A stretch of DNA of 64,000 nucleotides. It comes from Thermoproteota archaeon (GTDB lineage: Archaea; Asgardarchaeota; Jordiarchaeia; Jordiarchaeales; Freyrarchaeaceae). Under the pieces are notes generated by a model that saw nothing but the letters and a program-made list of their open reading frames with translations, was not told the origin of the DNA and searched no databases. The DNA lies in the NCBI GenBank assembly GCA_029258835.1, contig JAPDJY010000030.1, forward strand, positions 1 through 64,000, given 5' to 3'. This document shows positions 48,579 to 58,138 of this stretch, in pieces (the first letter of the stretch is position 1; the number at the start of each line of letters is the position of its first letter). The translations under genes and the position numbers were made by a program.

Positions 48579-49658
48579 GTGGGGAGAATCAAGGTGGCTA
48601 TTGCAGGCCTTGGCAACTGCGCGTCCGCACTCATTCAAGGAGTATATTATTATAAAGATGCTAAGGAGGGCGACCAGATCCCAGGGTTAATGCACGTAAA
48701 CTTTGGAGGGTATTACCCACGTGACCTAGAATTCGTGTGTGCATTCGATGTTAACAGGAATAAGATAGGACGCGACATAAGCGAAGCTATATTCGCTGAG
48801 CCAAATTGCGTCCCAAAGTTTGCGGATGTTCCAAAGCTAGGTGTCGAGGTGCTGCCAGGGCCGATCTCAGACGGCGTAGCCCCTCACATGGTGGAGCCAT
48901 TCTACACGTACGACCGGAGCAGGATGGAGGCTGTCGACGTGGCGTCAGCACTCCAAGATTCTGGAGCAGAGATCTTAGTAAACTTTATTCCAGTTGGCAG
49001 CTACGAGGCGACTAGAATCTACGCGCAAGCAGCCTTAGATTCTGGTTGCGCTTTCGTCAATTGCATTCCAGAGTTCATAGCGTCAGATCCGGAATGGGCC
49101 AAAAAATTTGAGCAAGCAAACGTTCCAATTGCTGGAGATGACATAAAGAGCCAGATAGGCGCCACGATCCTTCACAGGACCATAGTAGATCTCCTGATAA
49201 GCAGGGGTGTAAAAATCGAAAGCACATACCAGTTGAACATAGGCGGCAACACGGACTTCCTTAACATGACCGTGGAGGAACGATTAAAAACGAAAAGGAT
49301 AAGTAAGACTGAAGCCGTAACAAGCCTCGCACCATACGAATTTCCTGTCAGAATAGGGCCATCCGACTACGTCCCATTCCTAGGCGATAAGAAGGTCTGC
49401 TACATAAGAGTTGAAGGCAAGAAGTTTGGAGACCGACCAGTAACGATCGATGTAAAACTTGTGGTCGACGATTCCCCTAATAGTGCAGGAGTCGTAATAG
49501 ATGTTGTAAGGGCGGTAAAGCTCGCCTTAGACAGAGGCGTGTCAGGACCCCTAACGAGCATATCCGCATACGCATTTAAGCATCCACCAGTACAAGTACC
49601 AGACCATGTAGCCCGCCGGTGGGTTGAAGAATTCATAGAGGGCAAAAGAGAACGCTAA
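48579..49658 (+). CDS. ino1: Inositol-3-phosphate synthase
   Basis: GLGNCAS, GDDIKSQIGAT, QLNIGGNTDF and DSPNSAG motifs. Confidence 0.94.
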   Translation: MGRIKVAIAGLGNCASALIQGVYYYKDAKEGDQIPGLMHVNFGGYYPRDLEFVCAFDVNRNKIGRDISEAIFAEPNCVPKFADVPKLGVEVLPGPISDGVAPHMVEPFYTYDRSRMEAVDVASALQDSGAEILVNFIPVGSYEATRIYAQAALDSGCAFVNCIPEFIASDPEWAKKFEQANVPIAGDDIKSQIGATILHRTIVDLLISRGVKIESTYQLNIGGNTDFLNMTVEERLKTKRISKTEAVTSLAPYEFPVRIGPSDYVPFLGDKKVCYIRVEGKKFGDRPVTIDVKLVVDDSPNSAGVVIDVVRAVKLALDRGVSGPLTSISAYAFKHPPVQVPDHVARRWVEEFIEGKRER

Positions 49659-50845
49659 AACCCCATTCCACCGCATTTTTTATTATATTCGTCTATTTTA
49701 GAGTAAACTTCCACAACTACCTTCTTTGCCCTTCTGATGCATTCTTCAAGCTTTAAACATGCAAGCTGAACACTGCAGATAGGCTCCCCTTCCTCAACTA
49801 GGCTTCCAGGCTGCGTGATATCGAATAGAAATGGTATTCCATGTAAGTCCGGTATAACATAATTCTCTTTCGCAAAAACGATGTTCTTAACCGCGAATCC
49901 CTTCACGCTTATTTTACTTGGCACCCTCCCTTGGCAAGCGTTAATGTGTTCCCTTACAATGTTCATCCCAGTCACCATTGAGACGCACTCTAGCGTACCC
50001 TGAAACCTAGGGTTAACCTCCATGAAGACCGGCTGTCCGCCTCTAACTACAAAGTCCACCCCGTTGCATCCTAGAACACTTAAACTTCTGCAAATTTTCT
50101 CGGCTGCCTCGCTCACTCTCCTCCGGATCTCCTCTTTTTCATGCGGCACTATGTTTCCGCAGTAAACGAACTCTCTTCCTCCAAGCCATGAAACCCCTAT
50201 AAGTTGCCTATTTACGGTAACCGTAACAGCCTTCTTACCGGTGCAAAGCACTGATGCGCTAACATCATCACCGGCAATGTACTCTTGAACCAACACTCTA
50301 CCTTTCCCTTTAAGCTGGCTGAATTTCTGTTCAACCTCTCTTTCATTACAAGCCAAATGTATTCCAAGCCCTCCCCCTCCAGCTTCCCTCCTCACGATAA
50401 CCGGAAACCCTATTTCCCGCGAGGCCCTAACAGCTTCCTTACGGCTCTCCACGAGAAACGTTTCAGGCACCATAATACCTTCTCTCTTAACCTTCTCATA
50501 GACCTCGAGTTTTGACCTAACCTCCCTCACTTTAGATGGCTTGTTACCTATAATTGGTGCCACTCTCTCAAGCCTGCTTAAACATTCCCACCGATCATCT
50601 AATCCGCTCCCAACTAAAACGCCGTCAACACCATGCTTACGAGCCATCTGCTCGGAAAACTTAACGGTTAACTCTGCTAAGTCGCTCCCGGCTTTAACGT
50701 AGTCCTTCAAGACAACTATGTCGTCAACCCATCCATAAATGTCAACGTCACCCCAGTAGTCAACAGCGAAAACCTTAAAGCCGCACTTCTTCGCTTGAAC
50801 AGCTATCGGCCTAGCATTAAAGCCGATAACTAAAACCCTCTCCAA
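49655..50845 (-). CDS. ATP-grasp domain protein (archaeal, possibly cofactor biosynthesis)
   Basis: DYWGDVD, GGGGLGI, QEYIAG, GVDF and EVNPRFQG motifs. Confidence 0.85.
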   Translation of the reverse strand: MERVLVIGFNARPIAVQAKKCGFKVFAVDYWGDVDIYGWVDDIVVLKDYVKAGSDLAELTVKFSEQMARKHGVDGVLVGSGLDDRWECLSRLERVAPIIGNKPSKVREVRSKLEVYEKVKREGIMVPETFLVESRKEAVRASREIGFPVIVRREAGGGGLGIHLACNEREVEQKFSQLKGKGRVLVQEYIAGDDVSASVLCTGKKAVTVTVNRQLIGVSWLGGREFVYCGNIVPHEKEEIRRRVSEAAEKICRSLSVLGCNGVDFVVRGGQPVFMEVNPRFQGTLECVSMVTGMNIVREHINACQGRVPSKISVKGFAVKNIVFAKENYVIPDLHGIPFLFDITQPGSLVEEGEPICSVQLACLKLEECIRRAKKVVVEVYSKIDEYNKKCGGMGF

Positions 50846-50848
50846 AGG

Positions 50849-51559
50849 TCACGTCTCCCCTTTCACCTTGGCTACAACCTCTCTGACCTTCAAAAGGTAC
50901 TCACTTATACTACCCTTCTTATCAACAGCAATAGCTAAGATCCTCTCTCGGGGGAGCTTATGTAAAACCACAAGGAACTCTTCACCACCTATAACAGAGT
51001 ATTCGCTTCCATCCCTACTTATCCTATCACATACCGTGATTACGGCACTTAGCATACCAGAAGTCGTAACATAGTCTAGTGACGGGTAAGCGTCAAGAGG
51101 CATACCTTCAGCTGTCAAGACAGCTACCATAATAGCTTCAGGCATCACCTTCTTAACCACTGGTATAATTCCTTTCTCAGCATAACTTTTAGCTTCATCA
51201 ACAGCAGCTATTTGGATAGCTGCCGCTTTAACCCGGGAAACGACCCTGTCTATTCCTTCCAACTCCACGAGGTCCCTTTCAAGGAGAACCGCTAGGTTCA
51301 TCCGCGGCTTAACCGGCACACTAACCACAAAGTTCTCCCCAGAACGTGTAATAACATAATCCAACTCTTTCTTAGCTAAACCCTGAAGCACCTGGGACGA
51401 AATAGACGTTAAAGATGCTATTAAGGGTGCAGCCCCCTCCTCCATTTCCCCAATAATCACCCTAGAAAAGCCTTCCCTAGTCGCCAAAATAACCCCCTTA
51501 ACTCCTGGAGTCTCGCTTAAATCCTTAAGCAGCATCTTAACTTCCCTTTTAACATCCAT
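50849..51559 (-). CDS. Tandem roadblock/LC7 (LAMTOR-like) domain protein
   Basis: Two repeats of a helix plus 'vilatrEG / avltaEG' plus helix and beta-strand pattern. Start placed at ATG 51559. Confidence 0.7.
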   Translation of the reverse strand: MDVKREVKMLLKDLSETPGVKGVILATREGFSRVIIGEMEEGAAPLIASLTSISSQVLQGLAKKELDYVITRSGENFVVSVPVKPRMNLAVLLERDLVELEGIDRVVSRVKAAAIQIAAVDEAKSYAEKGIIPVVKKVMPEAIMVAVLTAEGMPLDAYPSLDYVTTSGMLSAVITVCDRISRDGSEYSVIGGEEFLVVLHKLPRERILAIAVDKKGSISEYLLKVREVVAKVKGET

Positions 51560-51654
51560 GCCTCTACCTCCCTCATACCATCGCTTTTTAACGCACATTC
51601 TCCGAGAAACCGTTAAAGCTCTCTCCCTTTATAACTTAACGGGTGAAATCTAAA

Positions 51655-52380
51655 ATGAAGATCACATTTCTCGGGACGGCTGCAAGCATACCAACTCCAA
51701 CCAGAGGGTTACCAGCAATCCTCTTCGACGAAGACTTACTAGTTGACTGTGGAGAAGGAACATCTCAAAAACTTTTAATGACTGATTCTCTGGAAAACAT
51801 AAAGCAAGTGGTAATAACCCACAGTCACCTAGATCACTCGGCCGGGATAGGAAGTCTAATTTGGTCTATGTGGCTCCATGGGCGAGAAGAAAACCTTCTA
51901 GTAAGCGGACCACCTTACATTGAGGACTTCATTATGTCCTTATTAAACTTGGTGAAAACTCCCTTAAAACAATTAACATTTAAGATAGAGTATGTGGCTA
52001 CCCTTAAAAACATAGAATTTGCACTTACAGAGCATCATCCCGAAACGTACGCTTTAAAAATTGAACGGAACGGCGTCTCTGTTTGCTACTCAAGCGATAC
52101 TGCTCCCTGCCCATCAGTCATCCACTTGGCACGTGGTTGCGACGTACTAATACATGAAGCCACGTTTCCAGAAGAAGAGGCAAAGCTCGCCCACGCTCTT
52201 AGACATAGCACCCCGAGAGATGCGGGACTAACAGCCTCCCAGGCTAAAGTCAAAAAACTAGTACTATTCCATTGGTCTTGGCACATGGAGGGAAAGGAAA
52301 AATCCCTAATCCGTCAAGCCGAACAATATTTCGACGGTGAAGTAATCTTGGCCTATGATATGCAATCACTTTCACTATGA
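51655..52380 (+). CDS. RNase Z-like metallo-beta-lactamase
   Basis: FLGTAAS.PT, DCGEG, THSHLDH, SDT, HEATF, HST and LFH motifs. Confidence 0.85.
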   Translation: MKITFLGTAASIPTPTRGLPAILFDEDLLVDCGEGTSQKLLMTDSLENIKQVVITHSHLDHSAGIGSLIWSMWLHGREENLLVSGPPYIEDFIMSLLNLVKTPLKQLTFKIEYVATLKNIEFALTEHHPETYALKIERNGVSVCYSSDTAPCPSVIHLARGCDVLIHEATFPEEEAKLAHALRHSTPRDAGLTASQAKVKKLVLFHWSWHMEGKEKSLIRQAEQYFDGEVILAYDMQSLSL

Positions 52381-52685
52381 CTTCTTACTTTAGGCACCTA
52401 CCAGCGATTTTCTTATAAAAAATTTTAAATATTCTTCCTTATTTTTCTTTCTTTTAGAAAAATTAAACAACTTTATGATATATGTAACATTATATGGAGG
52501 TGATTCTGCAAAATTATTGCAAATTAACCAAAAACAAAGATAAATTTTTAAGAATATTACAATTATAAGGATGCTTTTGCCAGAAAAAATTTTAATAAAA
52601 AATTTAACAAGTGATGTGAAAAATCAAGTAAGCAGTCCAAAATTTAAGATGACTTTTATATAAGTGAAGGGGGAACAAGCGAAAT

Positions 52686-53168
52686 TTGAGAAGAAATAGA
52701 TTGAAGCTTGATGTTTTAGATAAGCAAATTCTTGAATCGATATGTAAAGATGCCCGTAAGCCGTTAAGGAAGGTAGCCGAGGAACTCGGCGTTTCTGAAC
52801 CTACTCTCTACAGTAGGGTTAGAAGCCTTCAACGGAGAGGAATTATAAAACGTTTTACTGTAAAGCTTGACATGGAACTTTTAGGTTACATGACGAAGGG
52901 CTTCGTGCTGATGAATGTTAACCCCGCAAAAGAAGAAAAGATTGTCAGCGTCTTAAGTGAAATCCCTGAAGTAGTTGAAATTCACAGGCTCTTAGGAGAC
53001 AACGACTTAATGGTTAAAGTTATTTGCAGGGATGTGGCCGAAATGCGTAGGCTTGTTCTCGAAAAAATTAGAGATCTTGAAGGCGTCGAACTTGTTAAAG
53101 GGTTTCTAACAATAAAAACAGATAAAGATTCCTATGAAAATCTGATTTCAAAACTTAAAAGCGAATGA
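52686..53168 (+). CDS. Lrp/AsnC family transcriptional regulator
   Basis: LDVLDKQIL...DARKP...AEELGVSE HTH plus RAM domain. Confidence 0.92.
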   Translation: MRRNRLKLDVLDKQILESICKDARKPLRKVAEELGVSEPTLYSRVRSLQRRGIIKRFTVKLDMELLGYMTKGFVLMNVNPAKEEKIVSVLSEIPEVVEIHRLLGDNDLMVKVICRDVAEMRRLVLEKIRDLEGVELVKGFLTIKTDKDSYENLISKLKSE

Positions 53169-53303
53169 ATAATAATATTTTACCTCTGCGTGAATAGCAT
53201 TCGGTTACCAATGTTGAAAAGCTAAGTTTATATTACTAAATTAAATTTCTTGAGTATCGCTGAAACTTTAAGTGTTGAATAAAAGTTAGGTGGAGGTTGC
53301 TAT

Positions 53304-53726
53304 ATGTCTTTTTCTAAGGATGAAATGCTGGAGGCTCTGAAAGCTTTTACTCTAGATTTCATCGTTAAAACATATGACTTCCTTAAAAATGTGGGTAAGG
53401 AAGGGGAGTATGCAGAACTGCTGGGAAGAGAACTAGCAGTCCGTGTTCAAAGAGCATTTGGGAAGGACAAGAAGCATGCAATAACATACCTAAACTTGAT
53501 TTTAACGTCCCTTGAGCTTCCCCAGTTTCATCAAGAAGGCAAGAAGTACGTGTTTGAATGCAACTCTGATGAATGTTCCCTCATGAGAACGTCGATCGTG
53601 ACGAAAACAGATTTTAGTCACGTCTTCTGCGAAAAATTCCTTGGAAGATTCCTTAAGGAATCGGGTTTTTCCACAAAGATCCAGCTTCCATTAGAAGGGA
53701 GAAACGGAAGGATAGAAGCAAAATAA
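53304..53726 (+). CDS. Hypothetical protein (possible V4R-like fold)
   Basis: GGAGGT RBS; helix-rich N-terminus with C..C..C in the C-terminal half. Confidence 0.6.
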   Translation: MSFSKDEMLEALKAFTLDFIVKTYDFLKNVGKEGEYAELLGRELAVRVQRAFGKDKKHAITYLNLILTSLELPQFHQEGKKYVFECNSDECSLMRTSIVTKTDFSHVFCEKFLGRFLKESGFSTKIQLPLEGRNGRIEAK

Positions 53727-53904
53727 CTGAACTGCTTGAAGTATGGGCGTCTGCCACCTAAAAGTAAGGGTTTCTGTTCGAAACATTTTAAGCTCCTCCG
53801 CCAACTATTTTTCTTAAAAATGAAAGACTTTTTATTTCTGACTTTTCATTTCTCTTGTGGCACCTGTTTATGTTATCTTTCTGTCTCGCTTTTGGGTGGT
53901 GTTT

Positions 53905-54690
53905 ATGGCTAAAAGTAGTGTTTTCAACTATTTGCTGAAGGTTCGCTCTGAGGACGGGGTGGTACACTTAACTTTAATAGATCCTGACCCCCTTAAACAG
54001 ACACCTGAAGTCGCCGGGCAAATGGCTAAGTACGCTTATGAAGCTGGCACAGATGCCATAATGGTGGGTGGCTCAACAGCCTTCGGAATACTGGATGAAA
54101 CCGTAAAGAACATAAAGGATGCAACAGGTCTTCCTGTAATCCTCTTCCCGGGGAACGTTTCAGGGATTTCTAAACATGCCGACGCGGTCTTCTTCATGAG
54201 CGTCCTCAACTCAAGGAATCCCTATTTCATCTCGAAAGCCCAAGCTTTAAGTTCGTTTGCAGTTAAACTCTATGGGTTAGAGCCGATAGGGATGGCCTAC
54301 CTCATAGTGGAGCCAGGTGGAACAGCAGGTTACATCGGAGAAGCAGCCCTCCTTCCTCGGAGTAAGCCTGCAGTAGCCGCCGCGTATGCGCTTGCCGCCC
54401 AGTACATGGGCTTCAAACTAGTATACCTTGAAGCCGGTTCTGGTGCGGACAAACACGTTCCCAGCGAAATGATTTCTCTCGTCTCGGATGTCCTCGATAT
54501 TCCATTAATAGTTGGCGGCGGAATTAGAACCGAGGAAGACGCTGTAAACGTGGTGAGTGCGGGAGCCGACATGATAGTTCAGGGGACAATGATTGAAAAA
54601 ACCATCCTGAAAGATAAGGGTGGCTATCTCTCTAAGGTGATTAAGGCAGCAAAGAATGTGGGGAAAGAAAGAAAAACGAAAAATGCATAA
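53905..54690 (+). CDS. Geranylgeranylglyceryl phosphate synthase
   Basis: HLTLIDPD, DAIMVGGS, LFPG, YLEAGSG and VGGGIR motifs. Confidence 0.92.
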   Translation: MAKSSVFNYLLKVRSEDGVVHLTLIDPDPLKQTPEVAGQMAKYAYEAGTDAIMVGGSTAFGILDETVKNIKDATGLPVILFPGNVSGISKHADAVFFMSVLNSRNPYFISKAQALSSFAVKLYGLEPIGMAYLIVEPGGTAGYIGEAALLPRSKPAVAAAYALAAQYMGFKLVYLEAGSGADKHVPSEMISLVSDVLDIPLIVGGGIRTEEDAVNVVSAGADMIVQGTMIEKTILKDKGGYLSKVIKAAKNVGKERKTKNA

Positions 54691-54808
54691 ACTTTCTGTT
54701 CCCTTCTTCCGCATCTTCTGCCGCCCGTTTGTCAAGCGTTCCTCCTCGGAAAGGTTTAAAACACACCTTTCTCCTAACTCGTGTTCGAGGCTTCCACGGG
54801 GGAAGGCA

Positions 54809-55942
54809 ATGTCTAATGAAAAACTTCTGAGAGAACTCAGAAGTAAAGTAGACGAGCTTGACAGAGAGCTCATCGGGATACTCGCTGAAAGATTCAAAAT
54901 CGTCAAAGAGATAGCCAAAGTCAAGTCTCAGCTTAAACTTAGCGTGAAGGATCTGCAAAGGAAAGCCGAAGTAATGTATAACGTCGAAAAAGCCGCTAAG
55001 GAAAAAGGAGTTGACCGGAACTTCGCCCACGAATTATTCCTAAGCGTAATCAGGAAGGAGTGGGAAATTGAAAAGGAAGCTAGAGGTGAACTTTTAAAGG
55101 TTGCGTATCTTGGACCGAGAGGGACTTTTGCGGAGGAAGCCGCTAGGACGTACTTTAGCGAGGTAGAAGCTGAGTTAATACCGGTAACGACCATTTCGGG
55201 GATAATTTCGATGGTTGAAAAGGGACATGCAGACATGGGGGTTCTACCCATTGAGAACTCGGTTGAAGGCTCTGTAACCACAACACTCGACCTACTTGCA
55301 AGAAGCAACGTTAAGATATGCGGCGAAGTGATCCTCCCTGTAAACCACAGCTTAATAGCGAAGACTAAAGTTGATTTTAATGAAATAACAGCCGTTTACT
55401 CACACCCTCAAGCCATAGCACAATGTAGAGGTTTCCTATCTAAGAACCTCCCCCATGCACGGCTTTACGAAACCAGCAGCACAGCCGAAGCGGTTAAGCG
55501 TGTCGCCGTCGAAGACGCACATGACGTAGCTGCAATAGGCAGCCCTGCAGCAGCAGAACTCTACGGGTTAATCGTCCTCGCAGATGGGATACAGGACGAG
55601 CAAACAAACGAAACACGATTCGCAGTCATAGGAACAGATATTATGCCGTTTACGGGCGACGATAAGACCTCAATAGCCATTTTCCTCCTTCAAGACAGGC
55701 CAGGAGCCCTATGTGAAGTGCTTGAGGAATTTAAGGTTCGGAACATTAACTTGACGAGGATCGAGTCGAGACCCAGTAAGAAAACGCTGGGAGACTACAT
55801 CTTCTTCATAGACTTGGAAGGACATGTAAATCAGCTGGAAGTTAAGAAGGCAATTGAAAGAATAGGTGCGAAGGCAGGCTACGTAAAACTCTTAGGCTCC
55901 TTCCCTAAGGCTAGGAGGCGAGGGAGCGTTGGGGAAGTGTGA
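54809..55942 (+). CDS. pheA: Chorismate mutase / prephenate dehydratase
   Basis: N-terminal AroQ domain (LRSKVDELDRELIGILAER); YLGPRGTF, PIENSVEG, SHPQAIAQC and NETRF motifs; ACT domain (ESRP). Confidence 0.93.
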   Translation: MSNEKLLRELRSKVDELDRELIGILAERFKIVKEIAKVKSQLKLSVKDLQRKAEVMYNVEKAAKEKGVDRNFAHELFLSVIRKEWEIEKEARGELLKVAYLGPRGTFAEEAARTYFSEVEAELIPVTTISGIISMVEKGHADMGVLPIENSVEGSVTTTLDLLARSNVKICGEVILPVNHSLIAKTKVDFNEITAVYSHPQAIAQCRGFLSKNLPHARLYETSSTAEAVKRVAVEDAHDVAAIGSPAAAELYGLIVLADGIQDEQTNETRFAVIGTDIMPFTGDDKTSIAIFLLQDRPGALCEVLEEFKVRNINLTRIESRPSKKTLGDYIFFIDLEGHVNQLEVKKAIERIGAKAGYVKLLGSFPKARRRGSVGEV

Positions 55943-57023
55943 GGTAGTGTGGCTAAGTGGACTTTACCGTTTAGCAGATGCAATTAGAGAAAGGTTTTTT
56001 GGTGAAACCGTAACCTTCTCAAGAAACGTTTTTATCCCTCTCGTAAACCTCTGCCGAAACAGGTGTGCTTACTGCGGCTTCAGAAAGAACCCATGGGATA
56101 ACGATGCAAAGCTTCTTCTCCCTGAGGAAGTTAAATTATTACTGAGGAAGGGAAAGGATGCAGGCTGCTCGGAAGCCCTCTTCACGTTCGGGGAAAGACC
56201 GGAGGAAAAATATCCTTCAATACGGGACAAACTAAACCGTTTAGGTTACGAGTCAACCCTAGACTACCTGTACGATATGTGCTCCGAAGCGTTAAAGCTC
56301 GGGCTTCTCCCCCACAGCAACCCCGGCGTCCTTCATAAAAAAGAAGTTAAAATGCTTAAAGAGGTAAACGCCAGTATGGGGCTAATGCTAGAAAACGTAA
56401 GTGATCGTCTCTGCATGGATGGTGGACCACACGCGTGCAGTCCCGGCAAGAAACCCGAGCTACGCCTCAAAACTTTAGCTTACGCGGGGGAGTGTAAGGT
56501 TCCGTTCACAACGGGAATCCTGGTTGGGATAGGAGAGACTTTAGATGAAATTGTTGCAAGCCTCTACGCTATAAAGCAAATACATGAAAGGTATGGCCAC
56601 ATACAAGAGGTTATTATTCAAAATTTCGTTCCGAAACCTGGTACACCCATGGAGAACCATCCACCACCAACCTTAAATTACTACTCAACGGTAGTTGCTT
56701 TAGCTAGGGTGATCCTCCCGGGGGATGTGAGCGTGCAGGTTCCACCAAACCTTAACTTGGGAAACATAGGGTTCCTGCTCAGCATCGGTGCCAACGATCT
56801 AGGCGGAATTTCCCCCATAACACCTGATTACATTAATCCTTCTGAGGCGTGGCCTGAAATAGAAGAAGTTAAATGTCTTGTTAGCGAGATGGGTAGGTTC
56901 TTAAGGGAGAGATTGCCCGTTTATCCGAAATATCTTAAAGAGGACGATTTCCTATCAGAAAAAGTGGCTGAGGTTGCCAGAATACTCTCAGATGAAAACG
57001 GTTTTAGGAGGTCCACTTCTTGA
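55929..57023 (+). CDS. cofG: FO synthase subunit 1
   Basis: TFSRNVFIPL, CRNRCAYC, PHSNPG, HIQEVIIQNF and QVPPNL motifs. Confidence 0.93.
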   Translation: MGKCEVVWLSGLYRLADAIRERFFGETVTFSRNVFIPLVNLCRNRCAYCGFRKNPWDNDAKLLLPEEVKLLLRKGKDAGCSEALFTFGERPEEKYPSIRDKLNRLGYESTLDYLYDMCSEALKLGLLPHSNPGVLHKKEVKMLKEVNASMGLMLENVSDRLCMDGGPHACSPGKKPELRLKTLAYAGECKVPFTTGILVGIGETLDEIVASLYAIKQIHERYGHIQEVIIQNFVPKPGTPMENHPPPTLNYYSTVVALARVILPGDVSVQVPPNLNLGNIGFLLSIGANDLGGISPITPDYINPSEAWPEIEEVKCLVSEMGRFLRERLPVYPKYLKEDDFLSEKVAEVARILSDENGFRRSTS

Positions 57024-58138
57024 TACTGGACTCCGTTGACGGCGAGGTGGCGTATGTACTTGACCGTGCCCTTGACGGGCACCCCCCTACGGTCAATGAA
57101 GCCGAGAAACTATTTAAGGTAAAAGGAAGAGAGTTTCTCGCACTGATCTGCGTCGCTGACGAGCTAAGAAGACGCATAGTTGGAGACATAGTAACTTATG
57201 TCATCAATAGAAACATAAATTTTACAAATATATGCGTTAACAAATGCTTGTTTTGCGCTTTCAGCAGGCCAATGAGGTCTCCTGAAGGCTACATGATTTC
57301 CAAAGACGAGTTAAAGAGAAAGGTAGCAGAAGCAGTCAAGGCCGGGGCAACGGAGGTCTGCATCCAAGGAGGTCTGCATCCCTACGCTGACTTAGAAACC
57401 TACATGGAGATATTAAGGTCTGTCAGGGAGGTTTCCCCTGAGATACATATTCACGCTTTCAGCCCTATGGAAGTTAAGCACATATCGGTTAACTCTAACA
57501 TGTCTGTAAGGGAAGTTCTGCGTGCTCTTAAAGAGGAAGGGTTAAATTCTATGCCTGGAACCGCCGCAGAGATCTTAGTAGACGAAGTTAGAAGGATTAT
57601 TTGTCCCGACAAGGTGAAGACCGCAGAGTGGGTGCAGATCATCAAAGAAGCTCATAAACTCGGGATACCAACCTCCAGCACTATGATGTATGGACATGTC
57701 GAAAGCGAAAGGGACAGAGCAATTCACATAGATATACTTAGAAGGGTTCAGATGGAGACTGGCGGCTTCACCGAGTTTGTACCATTAAGCTTCGTCCACG
57801 AAAAAACCCCACTATACAGGATGGGTTTAACACGTCCCGGTGCAACGGGAATGGACGACGTTAAAGTTTATGCGGTTTCTAGGCTTATGCTTAGCGGACT
57901 AATAAGGAACATACAAGTGTCATGGGTCAAGCTCGGAGTTAAGTTCGCCCAGTTCTGCTTAAATGCGGGTGCCAACGACTTTGGCGGAACGTTAATGGAA
58001 GAGAACATTTCAAGGATCGCCGGCTCAACGAGCGGCGAGTTTCTCCCCCCATCCGAAATAGAGAGAGTGATAAGGGATTGCGGGCGGATTCCAGCGCAGA
58101 GGACGACAACATATGAAATAATAAAAATCAGTAGTTAA
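57020..58138 (+). CDS. cofH: FO synthase subunit 2
   Basis: NRNINFTNIC...CLFCAF, SMPGTAAEIL, NIQVSWVKLG and GGTLMEENIS motifs. Confidence 0.93.
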   Translation: MILDSVDGEVAYVLDRALDGHPPTVNEAEKLFKVKGREFLALICVADELRRRIVGDIVTYVINRNINFTNICVNKCLFCAFSRPMRSPEGYMISKDELKRKVAEAVKAGATEVCIQGGLHPYADLETYMEILRSVREVSPEIHIHAFSPMEVKHISVNSNMSVREVLRALKEEGLNSMPGTAAEILVDEVRRIICPDKVKTAEWVQIIKEAHKLGIPTSSTMMYGHVESERDRAIHIDILRRVQMETGGFTEFVPLSFVHEKTPLYRMGLTRPGATGMDDVKVYAVSRLMLSGLIRNIQVSWVKLGVKFAQFCLNAGANDFGGTLMEENISRIAGSTSGEFLPPSEIERVIRDCGRIPAQRTTTYEIIKISS

